NCBI GenBank assembly: GCA_949443285.1
Contig: CASSLW010000005.1
Coordinates: 19,588-83,587 of the forward strand
Direction: 5' to 3'
Length of the DNA: 64,000 nucleotides
DNA from: an uncultured Clostridia bacterium
GTDB taxonomy: Bacteria > Bacillota > Clostridia > TANB77 > CAG-508
Of the stretch, positions 49,799 through 60,430 are shown in pieces. The first letter of the stretch is position 1, and the number at the start of each line of letters is the position of its first letter. A program made the translations under genes and the position numbers. The notes below the pieces were generated by a model. The model made no database searches, was not told the DNA's origin, and saw only the letters and a program-made list of their open reading frames with translations.

Positions 49799-52700
49799 AA
49801 AAATTCTGTAACATCATTTAGAATTTGTCTCTCATTAAAAGAGCCAACTTCCAAAGTAACCATAGGCTTTATACCATTCGAAAATTTAATTTTAGTGCCA
49901 TACTTTTTAATTAATTCAACCACATCTACGCCAAGTTCTTCTTGGCTACCAACTGGTGCAAAAGTAAATACAACAGCGGTTTTTCTGCTTGCGATTTTTT
50001 CTATTTTCAGTGATTTTGCTAAATATTTTATTCTTGCAATATCAATTAAATTCTCCAATTCTGCTGGCATATTACCAAATCTATCAATTATTTCGTCTAT
50101 GACATTTTGGATATCTTCTTCATTTTTACATAAAGCGATATTTTGATATATTTCAATTTTTTGGTTTGAGTCACTAATATATTCGTCTGGGATATAGCTT
50201 GTTACATTTAGGTCTATTTGTAAATCCGCTTCTGGTCTTACTTCTATTCCCTTCATTTCTTTTACAACTTCGTCTAGCAAGTTGCAATATGTGTCATATC
50301 CAACTTGTTCTAAGTGGCCTGATTGGATTTCTCCTAGCATGCTTCCAGCTCCACGAATTTCTAAATCTCTCATTGCTATTTTGAAGCCTGATCCGAATTC
50401 TGTGAATTCTTTTATTGCTTTTAGCCTTTTGTCTGCTACTTCTGATAGTAGTTTGTCTTTTTTGTAAGTGATATATGCATATGCCTGTCTCTCTGCTCTA
50501 CCAACTCTTCCACGAATTTGATATAATGCTGCTAAGCCCATTCTGTCTGCATTTTCTACTATGATTGTGTTTGCATTTGGAATATCTATTCCTGATTCTA
50601 GAATTGTTGTACATACTAGCACATTTGTGTTTTTGTCAACAAATTCTTGCATTATCTCTTCAATTTGTTTTCCTGGCATTTGTCCATGTGCATATACAAC
50701 ATTTGCTTCTGGTACTAGTTCTGATATTTGTTCTGCTTTTCTTGCTATTCCTTCTACGTTATTGAATAGATAGAATACTTGGCCGTCTCTTTCTAGTTCC
50801 TTTGTTATTGCTTCTTTTACAACTTCTTCATCATATTCTAATACATAAGTTTGAACTGGTTTTCTATTGTATGGTGGCTCATAAATTACCGACATGTCTC
50901 TTACGCCTACTATTGACATATGTAGGGTTCTTGGGATAGGTGTTGCTGTCATTGTTAATACGTCTACACTCATTTTTAGTTGTTTTATTTTTTCTTTTGC
51001 TTTTACTCCAAAGCGGTGTTCTTCATCTATTATTAATAAGCCTAAGTCTTTGAATTCCACGTCTTTACTAAGAATTCTGTGTGTGCCAATTACTATATCT
51101 ACTTCTCCTAGTTTTAGTTTTCTTACTACTTCATCTTGATATTTCTTCGTTTTAAATCTGTTTAATATTTCTACTGTTATTGGATAATCTTTCATTCTCT
51201 CTTTGAATTCTTTGTATTGTTGTTCTGCTAAAACCGTTGTTGGCGCTAAATATGCCACTTGCTTTCCGTCTGTTGCTGCTTTAAAGGCTGCTCTTATTGC
51301 AACTTCTGTTTTACCATATCCAACATCTCCGCAAAGTAGTCTGTCCATTGGCTTGGGATTTTCCATATCCTTTTTGACTTCTTCTATGCATCTTAGTTGG
51401 TCATCTGTTTCTTGGTATGGGAATTTTGCTTCAAATTCACTTTGCCAAGGGGTGTCTTTGCTAAAGCTATATCCTAGTGCCTTTTCTCTTTTTGCATATA
51501 GTTCAATCAGCTCTTTTGCTACTTCTCTTAAGTTTTTCTTTACTTTTGCTTTCGTTGTTTCCCATTCTTTTGAGCCTAGTCTATTGATTTTAGGTTGTAA
51601 ACTATCTCCGCCTACATATTTCCTAACTGCATCTAAGTCACTTGTTGGAACATATAAAATATCATCATTCTTATATTTTATTTTTATATAATCTCTTATT
51701 GTTCCGTCTGCTTTTATAGTGTTTACACCAATGTATAGCCCTATTCCATATTTTCTATGTACTACATAATCTCCCACGCTTAGGTCTGCATATACAACTT
51801 TTTCTGCTTCTTTAAATGCTGATGATACTAGCCTTTTTTTCCTTTTTTCGCTACTTACTAATTCGTCTGCTTGAATTACAATTTGATTAGTTTCGTAGTT
51901 TTCAAATCCTGATGATAATTTTCCTATTGTTATTGTAACTATACTTTCTTTTGATGTTGCAATTATTGTTTTATCTAATTTTTCTTCTAACTTGCAGATT
52001 ATTTCTTTTTCGTCTAGTAATTTTTTTAGCTTTTTGGCTTTTTCTTTGTTTTCTAGTAAAATATAAACTTTCTTGTTCTCGTTAATTGCTTTTTCTATGT
52101 CTTCAAATAAATTTTCAATTTCACTTTTAAAATAATTTATTTCACGATAGTTGAATTTATATTTTGAGCCCTTTATTTTGCTTTCTGTATCTTGCTTTTC
52201 AATATATACTAATTGCTTTTTTTCTAAAATTTCTTCTACTTCGCTTATGTCTAGCATATTTGTTATGGCTTCAGGTGTTGATTTATCTTTTTCTTTTAAT
52301 GCTTTTTGTAAGTTATGATTATCAGTTTTTATGTTTTTGGCTCTTGCTTTTATTTTATTTATTTCGTCTAAAAAGACGCAATATGAAGAGCTTAAGTAAT
52401 CTAATACTGTTGCTTGCTCTTTATAAAAACTATCAAAATATTTGTCTATTTTGCTTATATAGTTCCCTGCTCTAATTTGCTCTACATCTTCTTCGTTGTT
52501 TATTTTCTCGCAAATTTCTTCTATTTTAGTTTCTAAAATATATTCGTGTGCAGGATATATTGTTGCTGTTTCCTTTGTGTTGATTGACCTTTGGCTTGTT
52601 ATATTAAAGTCACGAATTGAGTCAATTTCGTCTCCCCAAAATTCAATTCTTATTCCAGTCTTGTCATTTATAGCAACATCAACAATTCCACCTCTTACAC

Positions 52701-53217
52701 TAAATTGTCCCCTTCCTTCTATTAGGTCACATCTTGTGTATCCTAGGTGTACTAGCTTTTGCTTGATTTCTTCTAGATTATGAATTTCTCCTACTTTGAA
52801 TTTTAGTTCATTTTTATATAGTGATTTTTTGGCTGGTAGTTTTTGCATTACTGCTTCTATTGTTGTTACTACTATTAAATTCTTTTTTGTGTTTATTTCA
52901 TTTAGTGCCTCTATTCTTTTGTATGGTATGTCTTTGCTTTCTGCTACATAGTCATATGTTACTATTTCCTTTTTTGGAAATAGTACTACTTTGCCTGTAA
53001 AGTATTTTATGTTTTCATATATTTTTTTTGCTTGTATTTCGTTGTATGTTAGTATGCATATTGGCTTTTTGCCAAATTCGTTTATTGCTGTTCCTATTTG
53101 TACTGTTCCAACGTCATTTAAGCCCGATATTGCTACCGGACTTTGTTTTTGTTCTATATTTTTTAGTAGTTCTATGAATTTAGAGTTTTTCCCAAGTTCT
53201 TCTAAAATTGTGTTCAT
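49762..53217 (-). CDS. mfd: transcription-repair coupling factor
   Basis: 1151 aa with LLCGDVGYGKTEVA, LLIIDEEHRFGV, TATPIPRT and a TRG motif region. Confidence 0.96.
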   Translation of the reverse strand: MNTILEELGKNSKFIELLKNIEQKQSPVAISGLNDVGTVQIGTAINEFGKKPICILTYNEIQAKKIYENIKYFTGKVVLFPKKEIVTYDYVAESKDIPYKRIEALNEINTKKNLIVVTTIEAVMQKLPAKKSLYKNELKFKVGEIHNLEEIKQKLVHLGYTRCDLIEGRGQFSVRGGIVDVAINDKTGIRIEFWGDEIDSIRDFNITSQRSINTKETATIYPAHEYILETKIEEICEKINNEEDVEQIRAGNYISKIDKYFDSFYKEQATVLDYLSSSYCVFLDEINKIKARAKNIKTDNHNLQKALKEKDKSTPEAITNMLDISEVEEILEKKQLVYIEKQDTESKIKGSKYKFNYREINYFKSEIENLFEDIEKAINENKKVYILLENKEKAKKLKKLLDEKEIICKLEEKLDKTIIATSKESIVTITIGKLSSGFENYETNQIVIQADELVSSEKRKKRLVSSAFKEAEKVVYADLSVGDYVVHRKYGIGLYIGVNTIKADGTIRDYIKIKYKNDDILYVPTSDLDAVRKYVGGDSLQPKINRLGSKEWETTKAKVKKNLREVAKELIELYAKREKALGYSFSKDTPWQSEFEAKFPYQETDDQLRCIEEVKKDMENPKPMDRLLCGDVGYGKTEVAIRAAFKAATDGKQVAYLAPTTVLAEQQYKEFKERMKDYPITVEILNRFKTKKYQDEVVRKLKLGEVDIVIGTHRILSKDVEFKDLGLLIIDEEHRFGVKAKEKIKQLKMSVDVLTMTATPIPRTLHMSIVGVRDMSVIYEPPYNRKPVQTYVLEYDEEVVKEAITKELERDGQVFYLFNNVEGIARKAEQISELVPEANVVYAHGQMPGKQIEEIMQEFVDKNTNVLVCTTILESGIDIPNANTIIVENADRMGLAALYQIRGRVGRAERQAYAYITYKKDKLLSEVADKRLKAIKEFTEFGSGFKIAMRDLEIRGAGSMLGEIQSGHLEQVGYDTYCNLLDEVVKEMKGIEVRPEADLQIDLNVTSYIPDEYISDSNQKIEIYQNIALCKNEEDIQNVIDEIIDRFGNMPAELENLIDIARIKYLAKSLKIEKIASRKTAVVFTFAPVGSQEELGVDVVELIKKYGTKIKFSNGIKPMVTLEVGSFNERQILNDVTEFLMFLGTEQKNII

Positions 53218-53261
53218 TGTCTTCTCCTATGTTTTTAATACGTTACATTATACCATATTTC

Positions 53262-55233
53262 CTACATTTTTACAACCAATTTATCAAACTTAGAATGAAT
53301 ATATTTTTCCAGTTTTCCCATAAAAACTTTAGGCTCAATCTCTTTTTTTGCTACCATATCTAGTCCCTTTTCCCAACTAGCTGTAAGTTTCGGATTTAGC
53401 ATATCTGGCATTGAGCCATAAACAATATCATAAATTGTTTCACCTTTTAGAGTTGGAGTAATTATTTGAGTTTTACTATTTATTTCCATATATTTAATTC
53501 TTTCAAGTTTTTTGATAATTTCTCCCCTTGTTGCAGCTGTACCAATTCCAGCACCTTTTATTTGTTCGCGTAGCTCTTCTTCTTCAATTAATTTTCCTGC
53601 ATTTTCCATTGCTAAAATAATATTACCTGAATTGTATCTTGAAGGCGGCGATGTTTCGGCTTCTTTTAGTTCAAAGTTTTGTGTTTCTAATTCTTGTCCT
53701 TTTTTCAATGTTTTTAAAATTTCTAAGTCTGCCTGTTTTTCGCTGTTTTGTTCTGAGTTTTCCACAGTTTTTTCACTTGTTGTGGATTTTGCTTGTGGTT
53801 TTAATACTTCTAAATATCCTTGGTTTACGCATACTTTTCCACTTGCATTAAATATCTCTTTTGTGTTTTCTTCTTCAATCTCAACTGTAACTTGTATTTT
53901 ATTGAATTCTGCTGGTGGATAGAATATTGCTAAAAATCTTGTTGTTATAACTTTATAAACTTGCTTGTGCAATTCTGGCAATGAATTGAAGTTTTCATAT
54001 CCTTGCCCTGTTGGGATTATTGCATAGTGGTCTGTTATTTTGCTATCATTTACATATTTAGTTTTTACTAAATTTGTCGAATATTTTTCTTCTATCATCT
54101 TTTTAATGTAGCCTTGCACTTCTTCGTCTTTATATCCCCTTGTAATTCCATTTAGATTTTTTGATATTTCTTTTGCAACAGCAGTTGAAAGTACTCTTGC
54201 GTCTGTTCTTGGGTATGTTACAAGTTTTTTCTCATACAAGTTTTGTATTATTTCTAGTGTTTGGTCTGGCTTTATTTTAAATCTTTTTGTACATTGATTT
54301 TGTATTTCTGCTAAATTGAATAGTAATGGCGCATTTTCTTTTTGTTTTGATTTTTTTAGCTCTGTTATGTTCGCTTTTTTTCCTTGCAAACTCGCTATAA
54401 ATTGCTTTGCGTCTTCTTCCTTTTTGAAGCCAGTTTCATTATATAATTTTGGAGATTCGTACATTTTTGATTTTTCGTTTACTTTCCATTCTGCTTTAAA
54501 TGTAGCATTTTGTTCTCCAAACTCTCCGTATTATTTTATAATATTTTGTTTTTACAAAATTTCTGATTTCTCTTTCCCTTGAAACTATCATTCCAAGTAC
54601 GCAGGTCATAACTCTTCCTACGGAAATTGAGGCTTTGTCTTCATTTATTTTATTTGCTAAACTTCTTCCATATATTATTGATAGTAATCTTGAAAAATTT
54701 ATTCCAATTAGATAATCTTCTTTTGCCCTTAAATATGCGCTGTCTGATAGGCTGTCATATTCAGATTGGTCTTTTGCTTCTCTAATTCCACGTAATATTT
54801 CTTCTTCTGTTTGGGAGTCTATCCAAACTCTTTTTATTTTTGCTTTTTCATTTGGGTGTGCCATCATAAAAACTAATCTTTGTATGTATTCCCCCTCTCG
54901 CCCAGAGTCTCCTGCATTGTAAATTTCTTCTATGTCTTCTCTTTGCATTAGTCCTTTTACTATGTTGAATTGGTTCTCTACTTGTGGGATTATTTCGTAT
55001 TTCCATTCTTCTGGTATGAATGGCAAGGTGTCTAGTCTCCAAAATTTTAGTTTTTCGTCATATTTTTCCGGGTAACTCATTGTTACTAAATGCCCTACAC
55101 ACCATGTTATTATCCATTGGTCTGATTCTAGGTATCCGTTTTTTCTGTTTGTCGTTATTTTTAACGCTTTTGCAAATTCCATTGCAACTGATGGCTTTTC
55201 TGTTATTAGTAGCTTTTTGCTCAATTTTATCAT
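53262..55233 (-). CDS. topB: DNA topoisomerase III, interrupted at an in-frame CGG-A (54526-54528)
   Basis: Toprim LLITEKPSVA.., DSGREGE, ..SVGRVMTCVLGMIV; C-part ..YPRTDARVL... The junction restores YYKII-G-EFGEQNATFKAEWK. Confidence 0.85.
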
Positions 55234-55236
55234 CCT

Positions 55237-56001
55237 TTATTTTATTTTTTGTTCTATATACTTTTTAGCTAGTTCTTGAATTTTATTAAATCTATTTTTT
55301 GTTTCTTCATTTTTAAAGTTAAATCTGTTTAATGTTTTTTCTATAAAGTTCTTTTCTTTTATGTATTTATAGCTTTGTTCAAAATTGAAATCGTATATAA
55401 AAGATATCATTCCAACCATTTTATCTAATTCGTTTTTCTTTATTTCATTTTTTATTAATTTTTTATTTAAAAAACTTTCATATACTTCATCAGATATCTT
55501 TTGTTTTTCAAGCTCTGTTTCTCTTCCTAACCAAAAAATCTCTACACCTTCATACATTATATCTATTTTGTCTGCATCTTTTATTAATTTGCAAAAAAGT
55601 GCTTCTCTTTCAGATAATTCGTTAGTATTTAGTTCATATTTGTTATGGTTTGCTATTGATTTTTTTATTATTTCGTAATCTTTTTCATCTTCTGTGTACT
55701 CTTTTATTTGATTTTGGTTAAATAAAATGTCTACTCCTAAGTCTGCATGGTCAACACTTAAATAGTCTTTGTATGTTTTATATTGTTTGTATTGATCAAA
55801 CCTGCCAACATCGTGCAATAATCCTATCAATTTTGCTAGTTCTGTGTCTTCTTTATCTAATCCTATACCTTCTGCAAGTTTTTTCATTATGTTCATTACT
55901 CTTATACTGTGTGCTTGCTTCATTTTTATATTTTTGTTTGTTAAATCATAGTTTTTTGTAAAGTTTATAAAATTTTCTTGTGCTTTTTTTATGTCTGTCA
56001 C
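55237..56001 (-). CDS. HD-domain protein
   Basis: HSIRV..LIGLLHDVGRF..HADLG. I prefer the GTG start at 55999-56001 (AAGAAGGTGA upstream); the longer track ORF would contain a consensus plus-strand promoter. Confidence 0.6.
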   Translation of the reverse strand: MTDIKKAQENFINFTKNYDLTNKNIKMKQAHSIRVMNIMKKLAEGIGLDKEDTELAKLIGLLHDVGRFDQYKQYKTYKDYLSVDHADLGVDILFNQNQIKEYTEDEKDYEIIKKSIANHNKYELNTNELSEREALFCKLIKDADKIDIMYEGVEIFWLGRETELEKQKISDEVYESFLNKKLIKNEIKKNELDKMVGMISFIYDFNFEQSYKYIKEKNFIEKTLNRFNFKNEETKNRFNKIQELAKKYIEQKIK

Positions 56002-56018
56002 TTTTTTCACCTTCTTAT

Positions 56019-56047
56019 TTGACAAATTATATTTATTTGTATATAAT
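56019..56047 (+). promoter_or_regulatory. perfect-consensus sigma-A promoter (TTGACA, 17 nt, TATAAT) driving a short plus-strand transcript
   Basis: ttgaca at 56019-56024, a 17-nt spacer, and tataat at 56042-56047. Confidence 0.55.
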
Positions 56048-56053
56048 AAATAT

Positions 56054-56146
56054 ATAGGAAATGAAACACAGAAATGTGTTGTCACATATATTTAAGTTAA
56101 GACACTACATTGCCTGCCAAAGCATAATGTAGTGTCTTTATTTATT
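56054..56146 (+). ncRNA. candidate ~90-nt sRNA (promoter to intrinsic terminator), 3'-convergent with the 33-aa peptide gene
   Basis: Hairpin aacaca-GAAA-tgtgtt, then a 13-bp terminator stem (56099-56111 and 56126-56138) followed by tttatttatt. No credible ORF or RBS. Confidence 0.35.
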
Positions 56147-56243
56147 CCTTATTTGTCCAAATTATGTATATAACTGTCAATAAGGCTACGTTTATAGTTA
56201 GGGAAAAACCCAATGTATATATCAAAAATAATATAAATTCCAT
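56142..56243 (-). CDS. 33-aa hydrophobic peptide, candidate type I toxin
   Basis: MEFILFLIYTLGFSLTINVALLTVIYIIWTNKE. The RBS GAGGTGGTG is 4 nt from the ATG, and the stop is 4 nt from the shared hairpin. Confidence 0.4.
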   Translation of the reverse strand: MEFILFLIYTLGFSLTINVALLTVIYIIWTNKE

Positions 56244-56345
56244 AAACACCACCTCACTTTCTCATAGCTAGAAACTATGAAGTTTAGTGGCAACACACAT
56301 CTGCTTTATATTCATTTCCTATGTTTATTAGTATAGTATATTTCT

Positions 56346-56378
56346 ACTTTGTTGTCTAGCGAACAAAGTAATTTTTTT
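56346..56378 (+). terminator. orphan plus-strand intrinsic terminator ~150 nt upstream of leuS
   Basis: actttgtt gtctagcg aacaaagt aattttttt. Confidence 0.4.
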
Positions 56379-56410
56379 AGACTTTTTTGGACAGTCAGAA
56401 GAATACAGAT

Positions 56411-56461
56411 ATGTCCCAAAATGGACAAAATGTCCAAAAGGAAACGTCCCCAATTGGACAC
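56411..56461. repeat. 50-nt GTCCCC repeat subfamily (copy K) in the leuS upstream region
   Basis: atgtcccaaaatggacaaaatgtccaaaaggaaacgtccccaattggaca. Confidence 0.75.
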
Positions 56462-56528
56462 TTGAATTTTTTGTCAATTTGTTGTATAATGCAAAAAGTT
56501 AACAAAGAACGTTGAAAGGAGCTTTTAA

Positions 56529-58916
56529 ATGGATTACAAATTTAACGAAATAGAAAAAAAATGGCAAGAATATTGGGAAGAAAATAAAACATTTTTCACA
56601 GATGTGTGGGACTTTTCAAAACCAAAATTTTATGCCCTAGATATGTTCCCATATCCATCTGGTCAAGGGCTTCATGTTGGTCACCCAGAGGGATATACTG
56701 CAACAGATATTATGTCTAGAATGAAGAGAATGCAAGGATATAATGTTTTGCACCCAATGGGATGGGACGCTTTTGGTCTTCCAGCAGAGCAATATGCTAT
56801 AAAGACAGGTAACCACCCAGCTGAGTTTACTTATAAAAATATTGAGACTTTCAAGAAGCAATTGAAAATGCTTGGTTTGTCTTTTGATTGGGATAAGGAG
56901 CTTTCTACTTGTGACCCTAATTTTTATAAGTGGACACAATGGATTTTTAAACAATTATATAATGATGGCTTAGCAAAATTGGTTGAAATGCCTGTTAACT
57001 GGTGCGAAGGCTTAGGTTGCGTGCTTTCTAATGATGAGGTTATTAATGGTAGAAGTGAACGTGGAGATTTTCCTGTTGTTCGTAAGAATATGAAACAATG
57101 GGTTTTGGATATTCCTAAATATGCTGACATTTTGTTAGACGGTTTAGATGATGTTGATTGGCCTGATTCTACTAAGGAAATTCAAAGAAATTGGATTGGC
57201 AAGTCTGAAGGTGCTGAGGTTAAGTTTAAAGTTGCGGGTTTTGAAAACCTAGAGTTTACTGTATTTACTACTAGACCTGATACTCTATTTGGTGCAACAT
57301 ATTGTGTTTTTGCTCCTGAACTTGATTTAGTAAATGAAATTACAACACCTGAGCAAAAACAAGCTGTTGAAGAATACAAAAAATTGGCTGCTTCTAAATC
57401 AGATTTAGAGAGAACTGAATTAAGCAAAGAGAAAACTGGTATTTTTACTGGAAGCTATGCTATAAATCCTGTAAATGGAAAAGAAATTCCAATTTGGATT
57501 TCTGACTATGTTTTATCAACTTACGGAACTGGTGCTATTATGGCTGTTCCTGCACATGACGAAAGAGATTATGAATTTGCTAGTAAGTTTGCGCTTGAAA
57601 TTATCCCTGTTTTAGAAGGCGGAGATGTTTCAAAAGAAGCATTTACAGGTGACGGATTACATATTAATTCTGATTTCTTAAATGGTTTAAATAAAGAAGA
57701 CGGAATTGCTAAAATGATTGAATGGCTAGAAGATAAGAAAATTGGAACTAAAAAAGTAAATTATAAATTACGTGAGTGGATTTTTGCAAGACAACGTTAT
57801 TGGGGTGAACCAATTCCAGTTGTTTACTTAGATGATGAAATGAGGGCTTTAGCAGATAACGAATTACCTTTAGTTTTACCAGAACTTGAAGATTATGCAC
57901 CTTCAAAATCAGGTGCTTCACCACTTGATAAAGCTGAAAATTGGGTAAATACTACATTTGAAGGTAAACCTGCAAAAAGAGAAACAAGTACAATGCCTGG
58001 TAGCGCAGGATCTAGCTGGTATTTCTTACGTTATATTGACCCTGATAATCAAGATGAGTTTGCAAATAAAAAATTATTGGAATATTGGATGCCAGTTGAC
58101 TTATATGTTGGAGGTCCTGAACACGCAGTTGGTCACTTGTTATACTCAAGATTTTGGAATAATTATCTATATAATAAAGGCTATGTTCCAGTTAAAGAAC
58201 CTTTTGCAAAACTACGTCATCAAGGTATGATTTTAGGTACAAATGGCGAAAAAATGAGTAAATCTAAAGGAAACGTTATTAATCCTGATGATATGGTTAA
58301 AAATTATGGTGCTGATAGCTTAAGAGTTTATGAAATGTTTATGGGCCCACTTGAATCAGCTAAACCATGGGACCCTAATGGAATTGAAGGTTCTAAGAGA
58401 TTTTTAGACCGTGTTTGGAGATTATATACATCTGATTTAATTAAAGATGAAGAAAATAAAAATTTGGAAAGAGTTTATCATTATACAGTTAAAAAAGTAA
58501 CTAATGACTACGAAACTATGAACTTTAATACTGCAATTTCTCAAATGATGATTTTTGTAAATGCTGTAAATAAAGAAAAGGTATTTCCTAGAGAATATGC
58601 TGAAGGTTTTGTGAAGTTACTTAATCCAATTGCTCCACATATTACTGAAGAATTGTGGAATATGTTGGGTCATACTGGTACTATTGCTTATGAGAAATGG
58701 CCTGAGTATGATGAAGCTAAAACAATTGAAGATACTATTACTTTACCAATTCAGTTTAATGGTAAGTTAAAAGCTACAATTCAAATTGCTTTGAATGAAG
58801 ATGAGGCTTCAATTAAAGATAAGGTTCACGAGGCTATTGCTGATAAGTTGGACGGCAAGACTATTGTTAAAGAAATTTATGTTAAAAATAGAATTTATAA
58901 TGTTGTTGTGAAATAG
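56529..58916 (+). CDS. leuS: leucine--tRNA ligase
   Basis: 795 aa with [18 protein letters not shown] (HIGH) and KMSKSKGN (KMSKS). RBS AAAGGAG. Confidence 0.97.
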   Translation: MDYKFNEIEKKWQEYWEENKTFFTDVWDFSKPKFYALDMFPYPSGQGLHVGHPEGYTATDIMSRMKRMQGYNVLHPMGWDAFGLPAEQYAIKTGNHPAEFTYKNIETFKKQLKMLGLSFDWDKELSTCDPNFYKWTQWIFKQLYNDGLAKLVEMPVNWCEGLGCVLSNDEVINGRSERGDFPVVRKNMKQWVLDIPKYADILLDGLDDVDWPDSTKEIQRNWIGKSEGAEVKFKVAGFENLEFTVFTTRPDTLFGATYCVFAPELDLVNEITTPEQKQAVEEYKKLAASKSDLERTELSKEKTGIFTGSYAINPVNGKEIPIWISDYVLSTYGTGAIMAVPAHDERDYEFASKFALEIIPVLEGGDVSKEAFTGDGLHINSDFLNGLNKEDGIAKMIEWLEDKKIGTKKVNYKLREWIFARQRYWGEPIPVVYLDDEMRALADNELPLVLPELEDYAPSKSGASPLDKAENWVNTTFEGKPAKRETSTMPGSAGSSWYFLRYIDPDNQDEFANKKLLEYWMPVDLYVGGPEHAVGHLLYSRFWNNYLYNKGYVPVKEPFAKLRHQGMILGTNGEKMSKSKGNVINPDDMVKNYGADSLRVYEMFMGPLESAKPWDPNGIEGSKRFLDRVWRLYTSDLIKDEENKNLERVYHYTVKKVTNDYETMNFNTAISQMMIFVNAVNKEKVFPREYAEGFVKLLNPIAPHITEELWNMLGHTGTIAYEKWPEYDEAKTIEDTITLPIQFNGKLKATIQIALNEDEASIKDKVHEAIADKLDGKTIVKEIYVKNRIYNVVVK

Positions 58917-58918
58917 CC

Positions 58919-58957
58919 AAAAGCGCTCCACTCTGGTGTGAAGCGCTTTTATTTTTT
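58919..58957 (+). terminator. rho-independent terminator of leuS
   Basis: aaaagcgct ... agcgctttt followed by attttttt. Confidence 0.75.
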
Positions 58958-59192
58958 ATACTTATTACTTATTATTTTCTCCCCAAATGTCAAACAATTC
59001 TCCTTCTCTTCTGTTTTTATTATTTTATCGTTTGTGCGAGAATTACGTCAGCAGGTACATAGATAATCTTTTTTGTATTACCTTTAATTCTTAACCTTGT
59101 AACTAAATTGTAATTAAGATTTAACACATTTGAAACACAATAATTGTCGCTTTATAGTATAATATGCTTAGATTATACTAAGGAGAATTATA

Positions 59193-60320
59193 ATGAGTGT
59201 AGAATCAGATTTAAAAAAAGATGGAATAGAAGTAGTAAACAAATTAGACACATTAAGAATAAACTCACTAGCAAGAGCTGTATCTACTAAATTATGTGAA
59301 ACTTTTCCTGAGTTCAATTTAGACCAAAATGAATTATTTATAAAGCTATCTAGATTAGATATGTATAAAGCCAAAATGCCTGAAGGCATGGCAGAAGCAA
59401 ATTACTTTTATAAAAACACTTCAATATATTTTAATGAACACATACAAGACGAAGACTTAGAAGAATTTGCAATTCACGAATGTATACATTATCTTCAAGA
59501 AGTAAAAGATAAAAAGAACACTTTAATAAGAATGGGACTTTGCGATTATACAGAATTCAAAATTTATGGATTAGGCTTAAACGAAGCAGCTGTACAGCTT
59601 ATGGCTTCTAAGGTTAATGCTATTCCAAAAGAGTTTGTAAAATACTTCGGAATTAGTTTTGAAACCAATAGCCCTTCTTACTATCCTTTGGAATGTTGTT
59701 TAGTAAATCAAATGGCATATCTTGTAGGAGAAAACCTTTTATTTAAGAGTACTTTAAATAGTGATGATGATTTTCAAATTAAGTATTCTCAAATCACTTC
59801 TCCAAAAGTTTTCTTATCAATTCAGGGAGCTATTGATGATATTATTAACGCAGAAGAAGAAATTATCAAATTAAATAATAGAATTGCTACTGTTGACGAT
59901 AGGAATAAGAAAGTTGATACGATGTTAAAGAAGATTGATGAGCTTAAACATGAAATTGCTTTGACTTTTATGAGAACTCAAAATCTTATAATTTCTAGTT
60001 ATTTTGATAGTACTTTTGCTACTATTACAAATTTGGAGGAAGTTGAAAATTATAGAAAGAAGTTGTATTCTTTTAAAGATTATTTAGGCTATGTTGACGG
60101 ATATACTTTCTTTAATGATTATTATGTGAGTAAAATGGAACAATTGGAAGAGAAATATAATGCTTTGGAAAATGGAGAGACTTTGGTTACTGCTCTTAAG
60201 GTTGTTTCTAAGAAAGAAAATAAATTTGTAGCTTTTCTTAAAGCAATTAAGAGATTGTTGTTTCATGAAAATTCAGAAAAATCTTTTGATGTATTTGGGG
60301 ACGGAGCAAAAAAACATTAG
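59193..60320 (+). CDS. hypothetical protein with an HExxH motif (possible Zn-metallopeptidase fold); the last 10 codons are contributed by a repeat arm
   Basis: EFAIHECIHYLQE. The C-terminus ..DVFGDGAKKH is encoded by 60288-60317. Confidence 0.5.
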   Translation: MSVESDLKKDGIEVVNKLDTLRINSLARAVSTKLCETFPEFNLDQNELFIKLSRLDMYKAKMPEGMAEANYFYKNTSIYFNEHIQDEDLEEFAIHECIHYLQEVKDKKNTLIRMGLCDYTEFKIYGLGLNEAAVQLMASKVNAIPKEFVKYFGISFETNSPSYYPLECCLVNQMAYLVGENLLFKSTLNSDDDFQIKYSQITSPKVFLSIQGAIDDIINAEEEIIKLNNRIATVDDRNKKVDTMLKKIDELKHEIALTFMRTQNLIISSYFDSTFATITNLEEVENYRKKLYSFKDYLGYVDGYTFFNDYYVSKMEQLEEKYNALENGETLVTALKVVSKKENKFVAFLKAIKRLLFHENSEKSFDVFGDGAKKH

Positions 60321-60430
60321 TTGAAACTTTTTGAGGCAGGTCAAAAAAATTTTAAAAATGAGCCAATAAAAAAACACATGTATGATGTGTTTTTTTATTG
60401 ATGTTTTTTTGCTCCGTCCCCAAATACATC
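60288..60430. repeat. perfect 30-bp inverted repeat of the GTCCCC family (copy L) bracketing an internal bidirectional terminator
   Basis: gatgtatttggggacggagcaaaaaaacat at 60288-60317 and its exact reverse complement at 60401-60430. An inner hairpin acacat/atgtgt has flanking A- and T-runs. Confidence 0.85.

Noticed and set aside
56058-56130. A 23-aa basic ORF (MKHRNVLSHIFKLRHYIACQSIM) inside the candidate sRNA.
   Set aside because: The AGGAA motif directly abuts the ATG with no spacing, and the ORF runs through the terminator stem. I interpret the transcript as non-coding.
56260-56528. A T-box riboswitch upstream of leuS.
   Set aside because: I could find no T-box consensus (AGGGTGGNACCGCG-like) or specifier-loop architecture. 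The region contains only an orphan terminator and a family repeat.
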